Positions 1 to 9,319 of a DNA stretch of 61,843 bases are shown here, piece after piece. A model generated the notes under the pieces. That model was not told the DNA's origin and searched no databases. It worked only from the letters and a program-made list of their open reading frames with translations. Position numbers and translations under genes: made by a program. Source of the stretch: a virus (lineage: Duplodnaviria > Caudoviricetes); the IMG/VR virus record IMGVR_UViG_3300027965_000203, positions 1 through 61,843 of that record; one strand, given 5' to 3'. Positions within the stretch are counted from its first letter, which is position 1. Every line of letters begins with the position of its first letter.

Positions 1-359
1 GGCGCGCCGTCCTCTCCCATCGCCACGGCGACGAGCGCGCCGATCATTTGCCTCGCATACGGTGCCCGCACGTCGATCGCGGGACCAAGGATGTGCGCGA
101 TCCGCGCGTTGACGGCATCGCGCCGCAACTCAATGCTTGGATCGTGCGGCGCATGCAGCATCGCGGCAAAAGCCCACTTCTGCCGATAGTCGCAATGAGG
201 GCAAATCCAGCCGTCGACCGTCGCGACCAGGTCGCGCGAGAATTGACCGTGATCATTCGCGCAGGTGAACGGGTGCACGAAGCCGCGCCGTTGCCAGTGG
301 TTGAGCGCGTCCACCTGGGCGTGGGTGAACGGCGCGGTGATCTTGTCGGGCTCGGTCAT
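1..359 (-). CDS. Phage hypothetical protein, Cys/His-rich; truncated by the window edge
   Basis: Not in the ORF track. Read manually from ATG at 359: MTEPDKITAPFTHAQVDALNHWQRRGFVHPFTC...GWICPHCDYRQKWA..., open to position 1 and directly downstream of the MTase stop. Confidence 0.7.
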   Translation of the reverse strand, partial: MTEPDKITAPFTHAQVDALNHWQRRGFVHPFTCANDHGQFSRDLVATVDGWICPHCDYRQKWAFAAMLHAPHDPSIELRRDAVNARIAHILGPAIDVRAPYARQMIGALVAVAMGEDGA

Positions 360-366
360 GACCGTC

Positions 367-2664
367 TCACTGCGCCGCCATCAGCGCGATCGCGACCGGC
401 TGCACCCAGATCGGCTCGCTCGACAGCATGAAGGTCTGCCCGCTCCAGGCGCCGAGCAGGCAGCGCCCGAGCACGCCGCCCATCGCCTTGGAGGCCTCGG
501 GCGGGACCATGTTTCCGATGCGCTCGCGCCACGCGGAATCCGACAGGCCGTCAAGGATCAGGAATTCTTCCGGATCGATCAGGCTCTGGATGGCGGCGAG
601 CTCGAGCGTGGTGAAGGGCCGGTGCCATGTGCCATCGAGCGCGAGGATCAGGCACACGAGGCGATCGTTCGGCCCGGGCAGCGCGACGTCACTTTCTCCG
701 TTCAAATTCGTGAGCGGCATTCTCGGATCGGCGACCGAATTGAAGCCGTTGTCGTGCTGTCCCGCGGCGGTCACCGCGCGCATCGCGGCATCATAGGGCA
801 CCACGCCGTAGTGGCCGGCGGTGAGGTACTTGTCGCGGCCGTCACGGGCGAAGTCAGGCCTGGGATCAGCGACGGAGAGCGCGCCACCCTGGACCTGGTT
901 GGCGCCGGTGACCGTGCGGGCGTGCTCGTCCCAATCGACCACCACCAGCTTGTTGCGGTGGGAGTTGGGCCCGTAGCCCGTGCGCGGATCTGCGACCGAC
1001 ATCGCGCTCGAGCCGGGGCTCCGTTGGCCGGTAACCGCGCCGGCGTGCTTCTCCCACGGCACGATGCGCATGCCGCCGAACTCGTTGTCGGTGCGCGGGT
1101 CCGCCACGGCGAATGCACCGTTGGTCGGATAGCTCTCGCCGGCGACCACGCCGGTCGCCTCGGTCCATTCGTGCACGCCGAGCTGCGTCGAGCGCGCGCG
1201 GCCGTCGACGCGCGGATCGGCGACCACGAATGCGCCATTACCGGTGGTGCTCGCCGCGATCACGGCGCCGGCCGGCTCATCGAAGGCCGTGACGCGGTAC
1301 TTCCCGTTGACGTGCCGACCCTCGCCAGCGCGCGGGTCGGCGACCGCAAGGCCTCCGGCCGGGCCACCCGGCCCCGCCACCGCCGGCGAGGCTGCGTCCC
1401 ACGGGACGATCCGGAACACGTTGTTGAAGCGTGGCTTGCCTTCGATGCGCGGATCGGCAACCGAGTGCGGTCCCCCGCCGACGTACATCTTGCCGGTCAC
1501 GACGCCGGCGGGCTCGGCCCAGGGCCGCACGCCGAGCTGCACCGATTTCGGATGACCCTCGATGCGCGGGTCGGACACCGCGAAGGCGTTGTTGTGCGGC
1601 CAGGAGCGGCCCGCAACCGTACAGGACGGCTCGTGCCATTGGCGCACGCCCAAGGATCCGGCGTGCGGCTGATTGTCGATGCGCGGATCGGCGACCGCGT
1701 GCGCGCCGGTGAGGGGAGCACTGCGGCCGGTCACCGTCGGCGCCGGCTGATCCCAGCGGCGCACGCCCAGGACGCCGTGATTGAGATAGTGGTCGGGCGC
1801 GATGCCGAAGTCCTTGAGCACGCCGTTCTCGACCGAGAGGTCATTGAGCGAGCGCCAATCGGAGCCCGCCTTGACGAAGGCGAGGCGCACCCACGTCTTC
1901 CATTGCAGCGCCGGCATGCGGTGCATCGGGCCGCCGATGCCCGACAGCGGGAGCGGCAGCTTGTCGAGCACCTCGCCGACGCCGCGCAGACGACGCTTGA
2001 CCGGCTCATAGAGAAAGTTCGGCACCTTCGCGGTATGGCGGGCCACCATGAGGAACCGTTTGCGGCTCTGCGCAAGATTGCCGAGCTCGCCGCAGTCGTG
2101 CGTCGTCTCGGCGATCGCGTAGCAGTGCGCGCGCAGAAGCGCGCTGTACTGGTCGAGCAGCCAACGGCCCCGCGTCGCGATCCGCGGCACGTTCTCGAAG
2201 ATGATCAGCTCAACCGGATCGTCCTTGAACGCCTCCAGGACGAGCATCATCCCGCGCAGCAGAAGCCCGTTGAGCGCCTGGTATTTGGCCGTGCCGGACG
2301 TCTTCTCCGACAGGAGGCCGCTGAAGCCCTTGCACGGATAGGACGCGAAGACGATGTGCGGGCGCTCGCCGCCGCATGCGCGGTGAATGTCAGCCGGCGT
2401 CGCCTCGCGCCAGCCTTCAGGCGGTTCGCGGCCATGGAAGGCCGCGTACTGTTCGCGGCTGAAAAGATCGATGCAGGACGCCGGCACGCCGACCAGCCGC
2501 GTGAAGTCCCGGCATGCGGCCGGGTCGACATCGATGCCGCCTAGGCAGCGAAACTTTGCGACCAGGTTGCCGACGCGCGCGCTCGCGTTGTTGAAGCCGA
2601 TGGCGCCGCCGCCGATGCCGCAGGCCATATGGAAGTGAAGAATTTCTTTGGTGATTGTCGTCAA
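367..2664 (-). CDS. DNA (cytosine-5) methyltransferase with an expanded, nine-repeat variable region
   Basis: Motif I (HMACGIGGG), IV (SYPCKGFS), VI (ENVPRI), VIII (QSRKRF), X (RIGNMVPP); nine ~37-46 aa repeats ending V[AS]DPR between motifs VIII and IX. Confidence 0.92.
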   Translation of the reverse strand: MTTITKEILHFHMACGIGGGAIGFNNASARVGNLVAKFRCLGGIDVDPAACRDFTRLVGVPASCIDLFSREQYAAFHGREPPEGWREATPADIHRACGGERPHIVFASYPCKGFSGLLSEKTSGTAKYQALNGLLLRGMMLVLEAFKDDPVELIIFENVPRIATRGRWLLDQYSALLRAHCYAIAETTHDCGELGNLAQSRKRFLMVARHTAKVPNFLYEPVKRRLRGVGEVLDKLPLPLSGIGGPMHRMPALQWKTWVRLAFVKAGSDWRSLNDLSVENGVLKDFGIAPDHYLNHGVLGVRRWDQPAPTVTGRSAPLTGAHAVADPRIDNQPHAGSLGVRQWHEPSCTVAGRSWPHNNAFAVSDPRIEGHPKSVQLGVRPWAEPAGVVTGKMYVGGGPHSVADPRIEGKPRFNNVFRIVPWDAASPAVAGPGGPAGGLAVADPRAGEGRHVNGKYRVTAFDEPAGAVIAASTTGNGAFVVADPRVDGRARSTQLGVHEWTEATGVVAGESYPTNGAFAVADPRTDNEFGGMRIVPWEKHAGAVTGQRSPGSSAMSVADPRTGYGPNSHRNKLVVVDWDEHARTVTGANQVQGGALSVADPRPDFARDGRDKYLTAGHYGVVPYDAAMRAVTAAGQHDNGFNSVADPRMPLTNLNGESDVALPGPNDRLVCLILALDGTWHRPFTTLELAAIQSLIDPEEFLILDGLSDSAWRERIGNMVPPEASKAMGGVLGRCLLGAWSGQTFMLSSEPIWVQPVAIALMAAQ

Positions 2665-2677
2665 GCCATCCCCTCCC

Positions 2678-3160
2678 CTAAGCCGCGGCCGCGGCCGTCG
2701 GCATGTCCGCCGGCAGCATCTGCCAAGCGAGCTTCCCGCTCTTCGTTTCGCCGACCAGGCGGAAGCCCGCTTTCCAGAAGCAAAAGCCCTTCATCCGCTC
2801 GCCGCGGACCAGCACGCCATCAACCATCTTGGGATCGACGAAGGTGACGCAGCCGAGCGCCGGCACCTCGTACTCGGTGCGCATATGCGCCATCGCCTGC
2901 CGGATCATGTCGGAGGCGAGCGGCCCCGCTTCCTCATTGCGGAAGATCGACACCACCCAGGCGCCGGCCCAGGCGTGCTTGACGTACTCGGCCTTCGGGA
3001 ATGAGAGCCCGAAGACCGCTTTGCTGTTGCTTGCGACCAGGACGCGGCACGAACCGGGCGGCATGAACTGCGGCGAGCCGGGCTTTTGCCGGCTGTAGTG
3101 CCGATCGGCGAGGGCGACCGCTCGCGGATCGGCGCGGTTCGATTGGCGCCAGATTGACAT
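2678..3160 (-). CDS. Mom-like GNAT-fold protein (putative DNA modification acetyltransferase)
   Basis: Start moved to ATG at 3160 (MSIWRQ), overlapping the upstream stop; RHYSR near the N-terminus and VTFVDP...GFCFWKAGFRLVGET resemble the Mom-family D...G..Y/F.A.G/NF...G.T signature. Confidence 0.55.
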   Translation of the reverse strand: MSIWRQSNRADPRAVALADRHYSRQKPGSPQFMPPGSCRVLVASNSKAVFGLSFPKAEYVKHAWAGAWVVSIFRNEEAGPLASDMIRQAMAHMRTEYEVPALGCVTFVDPKMVDGVLVRGERMKGFCFWKAGFRLVGETKSGKLAWQMLPADMPTAAAAA

Positions 3161-3432
3161 CAGGCGGCTTCCTGGTGGTTCGAGGCGGGCGCCGGTGCCG
3201 GCTGTAGCAGCTCGGCCCGCTCGCGATAGTGCGCGAATACGAACACCCGGATCGCCGACGACAGATTGCCGTGCCGGCGGTGCGCATCGATCGCGCCGAC
3301 GGTCTCCGAAAGGCTCGTATTCGCCTCCGCGGCGATCTCCTTGAGCCCCTTCCAGAAGCAATCCTCGAGGCTGACCGAGGTCTTTTGTCCGGCGATGACG
3401 ATCGAACGCTTCACGACTGGCGATTTCTTCAT
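3160..3432 (-). CDS. Ribbon-helix-helix DNA-binding protein (alphaproteobacterial RHH_4 type)
   Basis: KRSIVIAGQKTSVSLEDCFWKGLKEIA...NLSSAIRVFV is the characteristic family sequence. Confidence 0.88.
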   Translation of the reverse strand: MKKSPVVKRSIVIAGQKTSVSLEDCFWKGLKEIAAEANTSLSETVGAIDAHRRHGNLSSAIRVFVFAHYRERAELLQPAPAPASNHQEAA

Positions 3433-3839
3433 GGCTTCTTCCTCCGCTCGAAACCTCGTGATTGCAGCCTGCGGCCGCGCGGCCAGTTACCGGTGGGCTC
3501 GCGGTGCTGGCCGCACGGCCGCGCCAGAACCTTGCGCTGGAATTCTTCCTGCTCCGGCGTGAGGCGTCGCACCTTGGCGACGATCGAGGTGTCGCGGCGC
3601 GACTTCTGCCGGTGCGGGTCCTTGAGCAGCGGGGTCAGGTTCCACCATTTGTCGGCGCCATCGAGCGCGAAAAGGATGTTGTGATCCTGGTGAAACATCG
3701 AGATCACGGACTTCGCCGGCACCTTGGCGGCGCGCAGCTCGTCCCGGAGCTCCTGCGGCAACAGAAGCGACAATGCAGCCGCGAGCTTCTCGCGGAGCGA
3801 TATGTACTTGCGGGCGCGCTTGCGGCGGGGCGTGTCCAT
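3429..3839 (-). CDS. HNH-like phage protein
   Basis: HQDHNILFALDGADKWWNLTPLLKDPHRQKS resembles the DH...G.D...NL..L...H..K core of HNH nucleases. Confidence 0.6.
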   Translation of the reverse strand: MDTPRRKRARKYISLREKLAAALSLLLPQELRDELRAAKVPAKSVISMFHQDHNILFALDGADKWWNLTPLLKDPHRQKSRRDTSIVAKVRRLTPEQEEFQRKVLARPCGQHREPTGNWPRGRRLQSRGFERRKKP

Positions 3840-4988
3840 CTACATCACCACCGTCAGGCGCTCGGCCGCGCGCGTGATGCCCGTGTAAAGCCAGCGCCGC
3901 GCATCGTCGCGAAACACCGCGCTCTCATCGAACAGCACGACGTTGTTCCACTGCGAGCCCTGCGACTTGTGCACGGTCAGCGCATAGCCGTAGGTCATGC
4001 GCTGGGTCTTCTTGAGGTCCTGCCAGGGAAGCTCGTTCTCCCGCCCGACGAAGAAGTGCGGGTGCACCTTCACCTCGATGCGCCGATCGCTCTCGGAATC
4101 GTCCGGCTTGACCACCATGCGCACCATGGCGGCATTGGCCTTGCGCACCTTCTCGACCCGGAAGAGGCCACCGTTGAAGATGCCCTTGGTGTGATCGTTG
4201 CGCAGGCAGACCAGGCGCTCGCCCGCCTTGGGATCGCCGCGGAAGCCGAGCAGGTCGCGGATGCGGTTATTGTAGGAGACGCGGGTGTCGTTCTTGCCGA
4301 CCAGGACCTGCTCGGCCTCGAGGATGAGGGCGCGCACGATCGCCTGGTCGGCGCCGCGGCGCAGGATGCGGCAGGCGCCGTGGTCGCCGGGCTCGAGCTG
4401 GCGGCCCTCGCGCACATCCATCGACAGGCGGATGATGGGGTTGCCTTCCGCCTGGCGGTGCACCTCGGTCAGCATCGCGTCGGGCTCGGCATTGGTGAAA
4501 TAACCCGCGTCCTGCACCGGCGGCAGCTGCGCCGGGTCGCCCAGGACGAGCACCTTGACGCCGAACGAGAGCAGGTCGTTCGCGAGCTCGGCGCCGACCA
4601 TCGAGCATTCGTCGATGATGCAGAGCGCGGCATCGGTGAGGTCGCTGTCTTCCTTGAGGACGAACTTGGGCGCCTCGCCGGTGGGGCCGTCCTCGTCCAC
4701 CCGGTAGATCAGGCTGTGGATGGTGGAGGCGCCGATGCAGCCCTTGGAGCGCATCACAAGCGCGGCCTTGCCGGTGAAGGCGGCGAAGATGACGGGCTTG
4801 GTGACGTGCTCGCCCTTGCGCTCCTTGACGATCGCGCGCACGCGTTTGGCGATCTCGATCGCCAGCGTGGTCTTGCCGGTGCCGGCGTAGCCGAACAGGC
4901 GGAAGGTCTGCGGGGCGTTCTCGGCCGCGAACCATTCCTCGACACGGGCGAGGGCGGCGAGCTGCTGCGGCGACCAGGCGTCGGTCAT
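3840..4988 (-). CDS. RecD/Dda-like superfamily 1B DNA helicase
   Basis: GYAGTGKTT, AFTGKAA, TIHSLIY, IIDECSM, GDPAQLPPV, LTEVHRQ, YALTVHKSQGSQW and YTGITRA motifs. Confidence 0.93.
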   Translation of the reverse strand: MTDAWSPQQLAALARVEEWFAAENAPQTFRLFGYAGTGKTTLAIEIAKRVRAIVKERKGEHVTKPVIFAAFTGKAALVMRSKGCIGASTIHSLIYRVDEDGPTGEAPKFVLKEDSDLTDAALCIIDECSMVGAELANDLLSFGVKVLVLGDPAQLPPVQDAGYFTNAEPDAMLTEVHRQAEGNPIIRLSMDVREGRQLEPGDHGACRILRRGADQAIVRALILEAEQVLVGKNDTRVSYNNRIRDLLGFRGDPKAGERLVCLRNDHTKGIFNGGLFRVEKVRKANAAMVRMVVKPDDSESDRRIEVKVHPHFFVGRENELPWQDLKKTQRMTYGYALTVHKSQGSQWNNVVLFDESAVFRDDARRWLYTGITRAAERLTVVM

Positions 4989-5012
4989 GCGGCCGAACTC
5001 CGGCCGCGGCGA

Positions 5013-5486
5013 TCAATAGAGGAACGGCTTGCCCGGCGGATCGAGGCGCGGGCGCCGACCCGCCCACTCGGCGATGAGCGCTTTGCGCTGGCGCGAGCGA
5101 ACGTGCGGGAGGTAGTCGCGGAAAAGCAATTCGACGGCGACGTCGACATACCGCGAGAACTCGGCGTCATCCATGAGCGGGAACGCGGTCGACTTGAGGC
5201 GCACCGCAATCGCGGCAACTTCGCCGGAGGGGAAGGCCATGATCTGCAGCACCAGCCCCGCCTTCCACTTGAGCTCGGCGTGGAGAAGGTCCGGGTGCAC
5301 GTCGATTGCCTCGGCGACCTTGCCGAGCAGTCCTCGGTACCAGCGGTTGAGCTTCGACGTGCGCGCGAAGATCGTCTGCACCTGCATGGGCTCGAAGCAC
5401 CGGATGCTGCGCAGACGCTCGCGGTCGATATCGGTCGCCGGGAGAAGGGCGAGGCGCCCTTTCTCCCGGACCATGAGCATGTCCAT
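5013..5486 (-). CDS. NinB/DUF1367-like recombination-associated protein
   Basis: RTSKLNRWYRGLL...KSTAFPLMDDAEFSRYVD pattern; sits between an annealing ATPase and a helicase. Confidence 0.6.
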   Translation of the reverse strand: MDMLMVREKGRLALLPATDIDRERLRSIRCFEPMQVQTIFARTSKLNRWYRGLLGKVAEAIDVHPDLLHAELKWKAGLVLQIMAFPSGEVAAIAVRLKSTAFPLMDDAEFSRYVDVAVELLFRDYLPHVRSRQRKALIAEWAGRRPRLDPPGKPFLY

Positions 5487-5523
5487 GCCATGGATATAGT
5501 GCTCGGCATGGTTAAGGTCCTCT

Positions 5524-6957
5524 TCACTCGGCGGCTTCGGCGAGCGCCGGGTTCTCGGCCTTGATGATCTCGCCCTGACGCTTGAGCAGGGCAGTGTTCA
5601 CGCGGTTGCGGTGCTCGAAGGGCAGGTTGCCGAGCTTGGCGATCTCGATCGTGTAATGGGCGCAGTCGCCCATGCTCATGAGCTTGGGGATGCCGTCGAG
5701 CAGCTTCTTCTCCAGCAGGGCCGGGTCGCGGATGCAGTCGAGCGGGATGTCGGCCTGGGCTTCCGCCATCGCGGCGCTCGCCGGCGCCGAAGATGCGTCC
5801 GCGGCCGTCGGCGGCGCCGGGTGCTCCGGGATTTCGTCGTCGATCGGCTGCCGCATCTTCTCGACCTCGGCGGCATAGCGCGACGGCTTGCCGGCGAGCT
5901 TGCGGTGCAGGCTGTCGTAGCCGGCCCGCAGGTCCGGCAGCGGCATGACCTTCTCGATCTCGGTCCAGGTCGCGTCGAAGTGCTCCAGGACCGCCTTGAG
6001 CTTGGCCTTCTTGTCTTCGGCGCTCTGCGTCGGGAAATGCAGCGCCAGCAGGTTCTGGATTTCCTCGATGCAGATCTCGCGCTGCACCGGCTGCCAGTCC
6101 TTGCGCTCGGTCTTGAGGATGTGGCGGCTATCGCCGCTCGCATCGACGCCGACATGGTCGCTGCCGATCGCGAGGTTCTCGATGTGCGGCAGGAAGGCGC
6201 CGAAGGTCTGCGCCACCAGCTGCTTGAGGCTCAACCGGTTGCCGTTATCGTCCTCGGCCGAGAACCTGAATTCCCGCCCGTCGATGATCGTCGAGCGATC
6301 CTTCTGCACGATGGCCTTGTGCCCGACCTTGCCGGTGCGCAGGTTCTCGTCCTGCTCCATCAGCACCAGGAGCGAGGGCTCGAAGCCCGTCTCGCCCTCG
6401 GTCTTCATCTTGGTGCCGGTCTTCTCCAGCTGCCGCTTGCCGTTGTCGTCGCGGTACTCGGAGAACTCGTGACCCGCGCGGCCGCACATGATGATGTGCA
6501 GCTTCGAGTTGATGAAGAGGTCGGTGAACTGCGCCCAGCCGTATTGGCCCTTGAGATAGCTCCAATCGTCCATCTGCAGGAAGGTGCGCTCCTTGCGCTT
6601 CATGTACGCGTCGCACAGCTCGCGCCACGGGTGCGTGATGGAGTCGATGATCAGGATCGAGGCGTGCTGCTCGGCCTCCTTCACGGCGGAGAGCAGATCG
6701 GCGAAGTTGCGCTTCTTGGCGGTGAAAAACGGGACGTTCGCGGCCTTGAAATGCGGGATCAGCCAGTCGGAGCCAGTCTCGGTGTCGAAGAATGCGACCG
6801 GCTTGCCCGCATAGGGCACGCCCTTGTCCTTGAGATAGTTGAACAGGCCGATCGCGACCATGCCGGCGGTGAACGTCTTGCCGCCGCCCTGGAAGCCGAG
6901 CAGGCCCATCTTGAGGTGTGCCGAGGTCGATGCCGCCGGCTGGAAAATGCCGCTCAT
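5524..6957 (-). CDS. Sak4/AAA_24-like P-loop ATPase (phage recombination)
   Basis: Start at ATG 6957 after GGAG; Walker A GFQGGGKT, FFDTETGS, IIDSITHPW. Confidence 0.8.
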   Translation of the reverse strand: MSGIFQPAASTSAHLKMGLLGFQGGGKTFTAGMVAIGLFNYLKDKGVPYAGKPVAFFDTETGSDWLIPHFKAANVPFFTAKKRNFADLLSAVKEAEQHASILIIDSITHPWRELCDAYMKRKERTFLQMDDWSYLKGQYGWAQFTDLFINSKLHIIMCGRAGHEFSEYRDDNGKRQLEKTGTKMKTEGETGFEPSLLVLMEQDENLRTGKVGHKAIVQKDRSTIIDGREFRFSAEDDNGNRLSLKQLVAQTFGAFLPHIENLAIGSDHVGVDASGDSRHILKTERKDWQPVQREICIEEIQNLLALHFPTQSAEDKKAKLKAVLEHFDATWTEIEKVMPLPDLRAGYDSLHRKLAGKPSRYAAEVEKMRQPIDDEIPEHPAPPTAADASSAPASAAMAEAQADIPLDCIRDPALLEKKLLDGIPKLMSMGDCAHYTIEIAKLGNLPFEHRNRVNTALLKRQGEIIKAENPALAEAAE

Positions 6958-6962
6958 GATAC

Positions 6963-7175
6963 TCACTCCTGCTCGACGACGGCCGGCGTCGAGGCGTGCT
7001 GGTTGTGCTCTGCCGCGGCCGCGGCGGCTAAGGCTTGCGATCCATACCGGCGCGCTCGCTTCTGCGAGGGCGTCCAGCATTCCGTTCCTTCGGGCGTGAC
7101 CCGCAGGAAGCATTTGGTCGACCCGAAGATGCGGGTGACGAACCAATCGCGTTCGATCGTCTCCGACATGCTCAT
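6963..7175 (-). CDS. Phage hypothetical protein
   Basis: MSMSETIERDWF...; ATGA overlap with the upstream gene. Confidence 0.55.
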   Translation of the reverse strand: MSMSETIERDWFVTRIFGSTKCFLRVTPEGTECWTPSQKRARRYGSQALAAAAAAEHNQHASTPAVVEQE

Positions 7176-7345
7176 GCGGCGCGGTCCTTCCCGATCGATG
7201 CGGCCTGCGCCGCCTTCTCGGCGACCATCCGGTTGAGCGGGCAGCGATCGCCGGACGGGCAGCGGTTCGGGGCCGGGATGTGCTCTTCCTTCACCGACAC
7301 GCCGCAGCGGGTGCATTTGAGCTCGGGGTGATCGCGGCGGGTCAT
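7172..7345 (-). CDS. Small Cys-rich (zinc-binding) protein
   Basis: MTRRDHPELKCTRCG...RCPSGDRCP; overlapping start/stop with both neighbours. Confidence 0.55.
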   Translation of the reverse strand: MTRRDHPELKCTRCGVSVKEEHIPAPNRCPSGDRCPLNRMVAEKAAQAASIGKDRAA

Positions 7346-7527
7346 GGCGTCAGTGCTCCCGTTTGGATGAGGGTCGCGGCCACCATGACGAGCCCGCAGG
7401 CCGCGGCGAGCATGAAGCCCTTGATCGCCCCCTCCGGGGCCGGCCCCCACGCGCGGCTCGCGATGGCGCCCGCGAGCGAGCCCGCGAAGAAGCCGCACAA
7501 AAGGCAGGAGGCGCCGAGCGCGATCAT
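7342..7527 (-). CDS. Small two-helix membrane protein
   Basis: Two hydrophobic segments in 61 aa; operon coupling. Confidence 0.55.
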   Translation of the reverse strand: MIALGASCLLCGFFAGSLAGAIASRAWGPAPEGAIKGFMLAAACGLVMVAATLIQTGALTP

Positions 7528-7530
7528 GGC

Positions 7531-7932
7531 TCAGGCCGCCCGCTTCTTCGCGCCCGCCGCCGGCACCAGGCTCTCGACCAGGTGCAGCACCGCGAGCTTC
7601 GCGGTGTCGTTGTCGATCCGCTCGAAGGCCTGCAGGAGCCGCAGCGCGTGCGGCTCCGCCAGCAGCGCCCGCGCGGTCGGCATCGCGGCCGCATGCGGCG
7701 CCGTCGGGGCGCCATCGAACAGCACCGGGATCGAGACGCCGAGCGCGGTCGCGATCTGCGTCATGCGGCTCGCGCCGACGCGGTTCGTGCCCTTCTCGTA
7801 CTTCTGGATTTGCTGGAACGAGACGCTGAGATGGCGGCCGAGCTCGGTCTGGCTCATGTTCTTCTGCAGGCGGGCGATGCGGATGTTCTGGCCGACAAGG
7901 ACATCGGTCGAGTTCGGGGAACGCTTGGGCAT
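7531..7932 (-). CDS. XRE-family HTH transcriptional regulator
   Basis: VGQNIRIARLQKNMSQTELGRHLSVSFQQIQKYEKGTNRVGASR, typical alphaproteobacterial XRE. Confidence 0.93.
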   Translation of the reverse strand: MPKRSPNSTDVLVGQNIRIARLQKNMSQTELGRHLSVSFQQIQKYEKGTNRVGASRMTQIATALGVSIPVLFDGAPTAPHAAAMPTARALLAEPHALRLLQAFERIDNDTAKLAVLHLVESLVPAAGAKKRAA

Positions 7933-7946
7933 TTCACTCTCCCTGG

Positions 7947-8282
7947 TTACGACGCGGGTTGGATCGGGCGCCCGGACGGGTTGAGCGCCGTCACAATGAG
8001 ATCGTCGATCTCGGAGGGGTCGACGCCGGCGCGGCGGAGCTGCTGGTCGGCTTCCTCGGGCGCCATGTGGCCGAGCGCGAGCGCGTCGCTCACGCGCGTC
8101 ACCGCGTCATCGGGGTCGATGCAGAGCAGGTCCTCGATCGCGGCTTCCTTGGTGGCGCCGAAACCGATCGGGCAATGGCTGTCGGGGGCGCCATCGTAGT
8201 CGTCATAGACCGCGATCCAGTCGAAGGAGCGCTGCGGGATCGGGGGACGGACGAACGAGGTGCGGATCGTGGCGCGGCTCAT
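7947..8282 (-). CDS. Phage hypothetical protein
   Basis: Coupled ORF; PPIPQRSFDWIAVYDDYDGAPDS...IGFGATKEAAIEDL. Confidence 0.7.
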   Translation of the reverse strand: MSRATIRTSFVRPPIPQRSFDWIAVYDDYDGAPDSHCPIGFGATKEAAIEDLLCIDPDDAVTRVSDALALGHMAPEEADQQLRRAGVDPSEIDDLIVTALNPSGRPIQPAS

Positions 8283-8527
8283 GACCGTGTTCCCTCCACA
8301 AGCATCAGCATGCCGCGCTGCGCAGGATCGAGCGCAGCGGCCTCTTCCTGAATGGCGAGGTCGATCTTCTTCAGGAGCTCGCGCAGATCGCGCTTGGCCT
8401 CGTAGAGTTCGAGGACGCGAAGGCGCGCCTGCCGGTCATTGGCGCGCGTGAGCGCGACCAGGATGTCCGGGAGCTTCACGGCGCCGGCCGCGAAGGCGAT
8501 GGCAGTGGCTTCGCCGCGGGCCATCAC
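8279..8527 (-). CDS. Phage hypothetical protein (coiled coil)
   Basis: Coupled ORF in the leftward early operon. Confidence 0.6.
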   Translation of the reverse strand: MMARGEATAIAFAAGAVKLPDILVALTRANDRQARLRVLELYEAKRDLRELLKKIDLAIQEEAAALDPAQRGMLMLVEGTRS

Positions 8528-8737
8528 TCAAATCCCCATGATGCTGGCGAGCCGCTCGCTCACCTGCGCTCCGGCGCCGGCCGCACACGCCCGCGCGTAG
8601 CGGGCATGCGAGGCAAAATCGTCATCGGAGAGCTGGTGCAGCGTGAAGCCGGTGTTTGAGTGCATCCACGCCAGAACGTGGCGGGGGTTCATGTCGGGGA
8701 TGACGGCGACGATACGGGCGATGTAGGGGGCGGGCAT
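8528..8737 (-). CDS. Phage hypothetical protein
   Basis: Abuts both neighbours in the leftward early operon. Confidence 0.6.
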   Translation of the reverse strand: MPAPYIARIVAVIPDMNPRHVLAWMHSNTGFTLHQLSDDDFASHARYARACAAGAGAQVSERLASIMGI

Positions 8738-8743
8738 CGTGGT

Positions 8744-9145
8744 TCACTCCGCCGGCAGCCGCAGCACGTAGTGCGGCGCCGCTCCGCCGCCGCCCGTGTG
8801 CTCGCCGGTCTTCGCGAGATCGGCGATCGCGTCGGCGAGATCGTCCCCGCCATCCGGGAAGCACTCGCCGAGTGGGGCGGTGGAGGGCGGGGCGTCGCCC
8901 ATGTCGATCGTCACGACGGTGTCGGAGGTGATGGTGCGCGGGCGGCCGGCGGCGATGATCCGCGCCAGCTCGTCCGCGACGGCGGCACGCGCCGCCGGGA
9001 GGCAGGCTTCGAGGCGGTCGAGGTGCTCGGCGCGCTGGGCGGCGACCTGCGCCAACGCCTCGGGCGAGGTGAGGCGGGCCACCGCGTCGAGACCGCGGAG
9101 AGCCCAGGGCGGAGCATGGCGGAACTGGGAGATGGTGACGGACAT
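8744..9145 (-). CDS. Phage hypothetical protein, first gene of the leftward early operon
   Basis: Directly downstream of the putative PL promoter and operators. Confidence 0.6.
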   Translation of the reverse strand: MSVTISQFRHAPPWALRGLDAVARLTSPEALAQVAAQRAEHLDRLEACLPAARAAVADELARIIAAGRPRTITSDTVVTIDMGDAPPSTAPLGECFPDGGDDLADAIADLAKTGEHTGGGGAAPHYVLRLPAE

Positions 9146-9175
9146 TGGCGACCCCCGAAGTGGTATCGAGGGTCA

Positions 9176-9229
9176 CGTTACCGGATCGGTAACAAGCGCG
9201 TCAAGCTATTTGTTACCGATCCGGCAACA
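9176..9229 (-). promoter_or_regulatory. Left operators and PL-like promoter
   Basis: Two 19-bp palindromes, CGTTACCGGATCGGTAACA (9176-9194) and TGTTACCGATCCGGCAACA (9211-9229), flank a minus-strand TTGACG -35 at 9199-9204. Confidence 0.8.
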
Positions 9230-9319
9230 TCCGAGTTGTGCCAATGCAATCAGCCGGTTGCTCGGTGCATTGGGGCGGGGGAGAAAGCGCCGGATGCACA
9301 GCGCTCGCGCGAATCGGTG

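Noticed and set aside
700-1790. Recurrent GCGGATCGGCGACC-like DNA repeats as a CRISPR array
   Set aside because: They are degenerate, in frame, and encode the VADPR motif of the methyltransferase; no cas genes present
265-2544. 759-aa plus-strand ORF, and similar long ORFs at 3462-5564 (+), 31854-35489 (-), 52492-54453 (+) and 57167-59557 (+)
   Set aside because: Antisense shadows of well-supported genes; Arg/Ala/Gly-rich with no motifs, as expected in high-GC DNA
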